Shown here: positions 59,801 to 64,000 of the stretch, one piece after another
Layout: each line of letters opens with the position of its first letter
Numbering within the stretch: the first letter of the stretch is position 1
From: a virus
DNA length: 64,000 bases
Virus record (IMG/VR): IMGVR_UViG_3300048919_000123
Location: 19,665-83,664 of that record
Direction: 5' to 3' (one strand)
Notes under the pieces: model-generated
What the model was told of the DNA's origin: nothing
What the model saw: only the letters and a program-made list of their open reading frames with translations
Databases searched by the model: none
Made by a program: the position numbers and the translations under genes

Positions 59801-60477
59801 CCTACGGCGCAGGCGCTGGCACCCTGTCCCGCAACCTCATTGCACCACTGGAGGAAGCGAAACAGCTGCTGGAGCAGACCATGGCGCTGTACTGGCGCAT
59901 CCGCCCATGGCAGGAAGAAACCGCAGCGTTCATGGAGAAAAACGGCTTTACGCTCACCGCGTTCGGCACCAAGCGGCACGCCACGCCGGACATCTTCAGC
60001 AACGACGGCGGCAAGGTGGCGCGGCAGCACCGTCAGGGCACCAACGCAACGATTCAGGGCAGCGCGGCGCAGATGCTTCGCATCGTGCTCACCCGGATCG
60101 CCGAAAGCGGCCTGATGGATCGCCTGCGCATGTCCTTCTTCGCGCCGATCTACGACGAAGTGGTGTCGTGGGTGCACAAGGACGACGTCCTGGCTTACTG
60201 CCAAGAGGTCGGCCGGTTCATGGAAGAATCGACACCGCCGGGGCACAAAGTTCGACAAGTACCGGAGTTCTCTATCGGCTGTGACTGGGGTAGAGTGCAG
60301 GAGCTGGGCCGGGACATCAGCCCGGACAACGTGGCCAAGTTCGTCGCCGAGGCGCTGGAAGAAGGCCGCGACATCTGGGAGAAAGACGTGCTGGAACCTT
60401 TCGATCCGATCCGCAAGGCGACCTACATCGAGGCGGATGAGGACGAGGAGGTGGCGGTTGAAAACATCGCCGACTAA
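56821..60477 (+). CDS. polA: DNA polymerase family A with 5'-3' and 3'-5' exonuclease domains
   Basis: EADD and GDSSDN (5' nuclease); FDYE and AHNALFE (3' exo); DFNGQEIR, KTINFGMAYG and YDE (motifs A, B, C). Confidence 0.95.
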   Translation: MTEHPLQIIDFRATVKHAYYGVSDKTLHCVKLDRKFAEWEAAAGDFLTRYLRPMLEQGSSPREMVIAHDAGRAYRTGIYPAYKGQKEKKDENKSPVEIEQYKLLMNWAKRFFAALGATQLFVEGVEADDLIAWICQMVKGPKDIRTVDEDMLQLVDADTIVTLKNVAHYGADGVYPEGHALEGLPYRLTSFAKSIMGDSSDNYKGVTGMGPAKVLTLLKNYGADGLDELAHIVDTGNTDLLDETIEASNDKILIKLKENFGDWKMGWRLASLKPELCWKPRQRKLTKLKIHKRVPDPTALYNCLKEVGCEDMWEAEYCHLMPSPMIVDANNWPEMREAIFAEIKAGNLTAFDYESSDKNPIMDFRRASQAGSNFVDMLSQELAGASFQFGRHLENVIYIPVDHKDSANLNKEVILEILEFAGEHTQRVAHNALFEGVVSFTNLGAWLTNIQDTRMMQRFYDENMEAGLKAISLNYLSYEQTSFQDTLAAGNGGEGVNMMCELTADEVFSYGTDDSLVTGHLHDLLKLLLQLDGQWDFYRQWAVRPTEVLQRAYVAGSNMNWALQKRIHSKDLETIRTGMIELREILEKNVTGNITPGAKSLIDAEKDYIFRAAKKKADGNVEAANLKVSEWRKKIEASCQYTPYREESVMPTFAFTPTQLNPAFEKVGLPKIEKVTLKAITEWFEAAGAAGFRDEWKLTEQQVEVVDMIAAAVNAGCLKMGDLRRKAEEMDSAEDVCDAKLATAEKVFDQLGELIQRLAGVEPRIVQFGDPLNVGSPAQMQQLLYCKIGMPVRLRGKTPGKGRLSIGIKEAGPSTDEQAILTALANDVPEDCWQREALQVLRVVKSASTRCSLFHDKYPMWRHRDGHVHPIVTDAGTDTTRPTASAPNSLQVPKKGEGKVMRSIYIPPNKDYLCVAIDFNGQEIRLMANLANDPVMLSVYEPGNEKDLHSMTGAGIAKMDYMEFCLAKDNREHKLHKLAVAIRGKAKTINFGMAYGAGAGTLSRNLIAPLEEAKQLLEQTMALYWRIRPWQEETAAFMEKNGFTLTAFGTKRHATPDIFSNDGGKVARQHRQGTNATIQGSAAQMLRIVLTRIAESGLMDRLRMSFFAPIYDEVVSWVHKDDVLAYCQEVGRFMEESTPPGHKVRQVPEFSIGCDWGRVQELGRDISPDNVAKFVAEALEEGRDIWEKDVLEPFDPIRKATYIEADEDEEVAVENIAD

Positions 60478-60757
60478 AGGCGGCTGGTGGGATAAGTTCC
60501 GGGAGGCTGTTCTCAGCCTCCCTGAGCCATCCCCGGCGAGGTCAATTGACGTTGACCAGATGCTCGCCGACAACACCCGCCTGCTGGAGGAGAACCAGCG
60601 CCTGCGGGAAACCGCTGCAACTGTCCGTGAGCTGCGCAAGCAGCTCGCTGACTCCAAGCATAACGAGTCACTCATGGCCAGGAGGATTGAGGCTTTCCGC
60701 CGTAAATGGCCAGCCATCCACAAAGATTTCTTCACAGCCGAAAGGAAAACCCAATGA
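60458..60757 (+). CDS. Hypothetical coiled-coil protein
   Basis: GAGGAGG RBS with TTG start. Confidence 0.55.
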   Translation: MKTSPTKGGWWDKFREAVLSLPEPSPARSIDVDQMLADNTRLLEENQRLRETAATVRELRKQLADSKHNESLMARRIEAFRRKWPAIHKDFFTAERKTQ

Positions 60758-61500
60758 GCTTCAATGGACAGAGTATCAAGGCTTTAGCCCACGACTACGA
60801 GACCACGGGGGTGGATGCAGCAACTTGCGGCGTCCTGCAGTCAGCCCTGTGCATCGTGACCGTTCACCAGACCGGTGAGTTTGAAATCCACGACAAGGAC
60901 GTGACCTTGTTGAACCCCGGGCAGGAGATTCACCCGGAAGCCTCGAAGGTACACGGCTACTACGCCCACGACCTGATCGACGAGAAGCCATGGGAAGCCT
61001 ACCTGGCTGAACAGATGCAGACCGTCAACGAGATGAAGTTGGACGCCGTGATCGGCTACAACAGCGCAACCTTCGACAACCGTATTGCCGCCCGTGTCGG
61101 TCTGCGCGCGCCGAAGTCCATCGACCTGATGAAGGCCGCCCGCAAGCTGAAGTCCGAACACAAGTGGCCGAGCGCCAAACTGGTTCACTTCTACGAGCAC
61201 CTGGTGGGCTCGCCGCTGGGCAAGGCGCACGATGCCTTCGCCGACGTGGAAGGCACGCTGATCTGCATTAAGCCGTTGTTCAGCTGGGCCAAAGTACAGT
61301 GCCTGGACGAGCTGATGGTCTGGATGCAGGGCGACGATGGCACGCTGGACATGAAGATCGGCTTCGGCAAACACAAGGGCAGCAAGGTCAAGAACCTCGA
61401 CCGCGATTACTGCAAGTGGCTGCTCAGCGACAAGTGCGACATGTTGTTCAGCGATGAGCTGACCCAGTCGCTGAAGCTGCGTCTGGAGCAGCAGTTGTGA
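60754..61500 (+). CDS. DEDDh 3'-5' exonuclease (ExoX-like)
   Basis: DYETTG, GYNSATFD, AHDAFAD; C-terminal FGKHKG domain. Confidence 0.9.
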   Translation: MSFNGQSIKALAHDYETTGVDAATCGVLQSALCIVTVHQTGEFEIHDKDVTLLNPGQEIHPEASKVHGYYAHDLIDEKPWEAYLAEQMQTVNEMKLDAVIGYNSATFDNRIAARVGLRAPKSIDLMKAARKLKSEHKWPSAKLVHFYEHLVGSPLGKAHDAFADVEGTLICIKPLFSWAKVQCLDELMVWMQGDDGTLDMKIGFGKHKGSKVKNLDRDYCKWLLSDKCDMLFSDELTQSLKLRLEQQL

Positions 61501-62069
61501 TCCTGTTGGGCGTGACCGGCTTGGCCAGGGCCGGGAAAGATCACGCATCTGCCTACCTCGGCCGGCACATGGCGCTGCATCAGTACGCCTTCGCGGAGTC
61601 GCTGAAGACCATGCTCAAATCGGTCTTCGGCGACCATTTCCACAAAGGCGATCGCTCCGAAATCTGCCCGGAAACCTGCAAGTCGTACCGGGTAATGATG
61701 CAGACGCTGGGCACCGAGTGGGGCCGGGAGATGATGAACCCCCAGATCTGGGTCAACCTTGTGGCGCGGCGCTGGAAAGAAATCAACGCGGTGCCGGTCA
61801 TCAGCGGCATGGTGCTCAGCGACGTGCGTTTCGATTCCGAGGCCGAGTGGATCAAGCTCAACGGTGGGGTGATCATCGAGATCGTCCGCCCTGATCTGGA
61901 GACGCCAGGCTTGGTGGAGAAGGCGCTCAGCGCGGTGGGGATCCCCGGCCATGTAAGCGAGAAGGGCATCAACCGCGACTACATCAGCCACACCGTGGTC
62001 AACGACGGCTCGCTGGCCGACTTCGACATCAAGCTGATGGGGTTGATCGACCAACTCAAGGAAGGCTGA
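61497..62069 (+). CDS. Deoxynucleoside monophosphate kinase
   Basis: GLARAGKD, QTLGTEWGR, DVRFDSE and H.SE motifs. Confidence 0.92.
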   Translation: MILLGVTGLARAGKDHASAYLGRHMALHQYAFAESLKTMLKSVFGDHFHKGDRSEICPETCKSYRVMMQTLGTEWGREMMNPQIWVNLVARRWKEINAVPVISGMVLSDVRFDSEAEWIKLNGGVIIEIVRPDLETPGLVEKALSAVGIPGHVSEKGINRDYISHTVVNDGSLADFDIKLMGLIDQLKEG

Positions 62070-62071
62070 CC

Positions 62072-62593
62072 ATGGCTGCCAGCATCGGGAAAGTGTTCGA
62101 GAAGGAGATGATTCAGGTGTTCAAGATGCTGTTCGAGCAGCGCCTTGTCAGCTACCACCGCCTTTCGGACTCCGGAGCCGCCGGCTCCATCGTCGCTGAG
62201 CAGCCAAGCGATTACCTCCTCGGCCTTCCTGCGGGGTGTCAGAACCTGCAGGACGGCCAGAGGCTGTGTTTCCTCGAGGTGAAAGCCAGTGAGGAGCACA
62301 GCACGATGCCAAAAGCCGCGGTGCGGCCGGCGCAGCGTGGGGCGATAGCCCGGTTCAGGTTCCTGCTCGGCCTGCCCTACTACATCATGTTCTGGGATGC
62401 GCAGAATGGTGTGATCCAGCTGTGGGACGGCATCGCCGTGCACGACACAGCGCGGATCGACAAACACCACCTGCTGGCCACCTGGCCGAACGTTGGGGTG
62501 ATCAACAAGCTGCAGCGACAGCGCGTGGTGGATCTGATTGCCGACTACTTCCGCATACCGACGTATGCGGATACACTGAACAAATCCCGCTAA
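62072..62593 (+). CDS. Putative Holliday junction resolvase (PD-(D/E)xK, RecU-like)
   Basis: G..FE, PSDY, EVK and Q motifs. Confidence 0.7.
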   Translation: MAASIGKVFEKEMIQVFKMLFEQRLVSYHRLSDSGAAGSIVAEQPSDYLLGLPAGCQNLQDGQRLCFLEVKASEEHSTMPKAAVRPAQRGAIARFRFLLGLPYYIMFWDAQNGVIQLWDGIAVHDTARIDKHHLLATWPNVGVINKLQRQRVVDLIADYFRIPTYADTLNKSR

Positions 62594-62625
62594 GTAGCGG
62601 GGTTTCTAATTTTGGGGTGTGGACT

Positions 62626-63774
62626 ATGAAAGTATTGTCAGAGAAGACGCTGTACAAGAATCACGGGAAAGCGATCGGCTGGTGGAAGGTGGAAGCGTGT
62701 GACCTGGGGGACGGTAAGGCAGGCCTGCGCATCACGTTCGCCAAAACCATGGACGGCGCCGTCGTCGAGAAGAGCTCGGCGGTCAAGGGCGTAAACATCG
62801 GCAAGGCCAACGAGACCACCCCTTCGCAGCAAGCGATCGCTGAAGCAGAGTCGCGCTGGAAGAAGCAGCTCGACAAGGGTTACGTCGAGACCGAGGAAGC
62901 CGCCACCGCTCCGGCTACCAACGCCAGCGGCAACGAGATGCCGATGCTGGCGCAGCCAATCGAAAAGGTGAAGCCAGAGAAGGTCGACTGGGCCAACGCC
63001 TTCGTGCAGCCGAAACTCGATGGTCACCGCTGCCTGTCGAAGAATGGTCTGATGTACAGCCGCAACGGCAAGCCGATCAACCTGCCCCACATCGCTGAAG
63101 CCCTGGCGCTGCTGGGCGACGTTCACCTGGACGGCGAGCTGTACTGCCACGGGATCTCGCTGCAGGAGATTGGCAGCCTGATTAAAGATCCCCGCGAAGA
63201 ATCGAAGGTCATCGAATACCACATCTACGACATGGTCGCCGGTGACCAGTTCTCTGACCGGTATGCCCGGGCTGCAGCGATCCTCGGCCAAACGCCTTAT
63301 CAGGTGACTCACTCCACAGCGCAGTCGCCGCTGAAGCTGGTGTCGACGGTGCGCGTTGACAGCCTGGCCGGCGCCAAGCATCTGCACCAGCAGTACCTGG
63401 AGCAAGGCTACGAGGGCAGCATCGTCCGCCACGGCAGCAGCGGCTACCTCGACGGCAAGCGTAACCCCGGTCTGCTGAAGATCAAGGACATGGAAGACCA
63501 CGAGTACGAGGTCACCGGCTACGAGGAAGGAACCCCGCTCATCTCCGGCGGCGTCACTTACCGTGTGCCGGTCTGGATTATGAAGGTCGACCAGGAAACT
63601 GACAGAACCTTCAAAGCCACCGCGGCCGGCACCAAAGAAGAGAAGAACGAGCAGTGGGAAGCGCGCGACAGCTACGTCGGTCAGCGCAACGTCGTGCGCC
63701 ATTTCGGGTTCACTCCGGACGGCATCCCGAACCTGCCGGTCTCCAAGTGCTGGGAATCGGACAAAAACGTATGA
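62626..63774 (+). CDS. ATP-dependent DNA ligase with N-terminal WGR-like domain
   Basis: QPKLDG (I), DGELY (III), YD (IIIa), EGSIVR (IV), LLKIK (V). Confidence 0.93.
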   Translation: MKVLSEKTLYKNHGKAIGWWKVEACDLGDGKAGLRITFAKTMDGAVVEKSSAVKGVNIGKANETTPSQQAIAEAESRWKKQLDKGYVETEEAATAPATNASGNEMPMLAQPIEKVKPEKVDWANAFVQPKLDGHRCLSKNGLMYSRNGKPINLPHIAEALALLGDVHLDGELYCHGISLQEIGSLIKDPREESKVIEYHIYDMVAGDQFSDRYARAAAILGQTPYQVTHSTAQSPLKLVSTVRVDSLAGAKHLHQQYLEQGYEGSIVRHGSSGYLDGKRNPGLLKIKDMEDHEYEVTGYEEGTPLISGGVTYRVPVWIMKVDQETDRTFKATAAGTKEEKNEQWEARDSYVGQRNVVRHFGFTPDGIPNLPVSKCWESDKNV

Positions 63775-63902
63775 AAGCCGATATCGCGATGATCCGAGCG
63801 GGAGGCATGCTGGGTTTCGGCCTGTTTATAGGGGTTATGACGGCCTTTTCGGCGTTTGACCTGGCCCACTCAGCTATTGCCTTTGTTGTAGCGATGTTTT
63901 GA
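63771..63902 (+). CDS. Small membrane protein
   Basis: 43 aa hydrophobic, ATGA-coupled. Confidence 0.55.
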   Translation: MKADIAMIRAGGMLGFGLFIGVMTAFSAFDLAHSAIAFVVAMF

Positions 63903-64000
63903 GTCACCCGGGGCAGCATGCTGCCCCACCCTTGAAATGGATGGAACCATGACAAAAGACGTCAAGAAGAAACTCGCGCTGTTCATTTTGGAAGGGATCA

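Noticed and set aside
51733-63702. Long minus-strand ORFs (563, 462, 582, 354 aa)
   Set aside because: Shadows of helicase, polymerase and ligase
1-64000. Integrase, repressor, reverse transcriptase/DGR, intron or intein
   Set aside because: No such motifs were recognised in any frame within this window

Overview
The window is part of a GC-rich dsDNA tailed phage genome with a siphovirus-type gene set. A Pseudomonas-like host is inferred from base composition and the Acb2 homolog but is not proven. It has two divergent arms. The minus strand (1-19.2 kb) carries the late genes: tape measure, frameshifted tail chaperones, tail tube, neck, major capsid, decoration, S49 protease with nested scaffold, portal, lambda GpA-type terminase and HU/IHF. 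It also carries a small-RNA cluster (RsmA/CsrA-type hairpin, tRNA-Gln, a ~200-nt rod-shaped 6S-like RNA candidate) and an Acb2 anti-CBASS sponge. The plus strand (19.4-64 kb) starts with a sigma70 promoter and a ~730-nt structured, boxA-containing leader. Then come ~50 small early/accessory genes (including a TAXI-like periplasmic binding protein, LytTR, C5 methyltransferase and Nmad5-like) and the replication and nucleotide module (Dda helicase, primase-helicase, SNF2, MazG, GroES, ThyX, PolA, exonuclease, dNMP kinase, resolvase, ligase). A degenerate 16-bp palindrome (YYCGSH-N4-RGCGRS) recurs in about ten intergenic positions in both arms. All protein calls come from motif recognition by eye; no database search was run.
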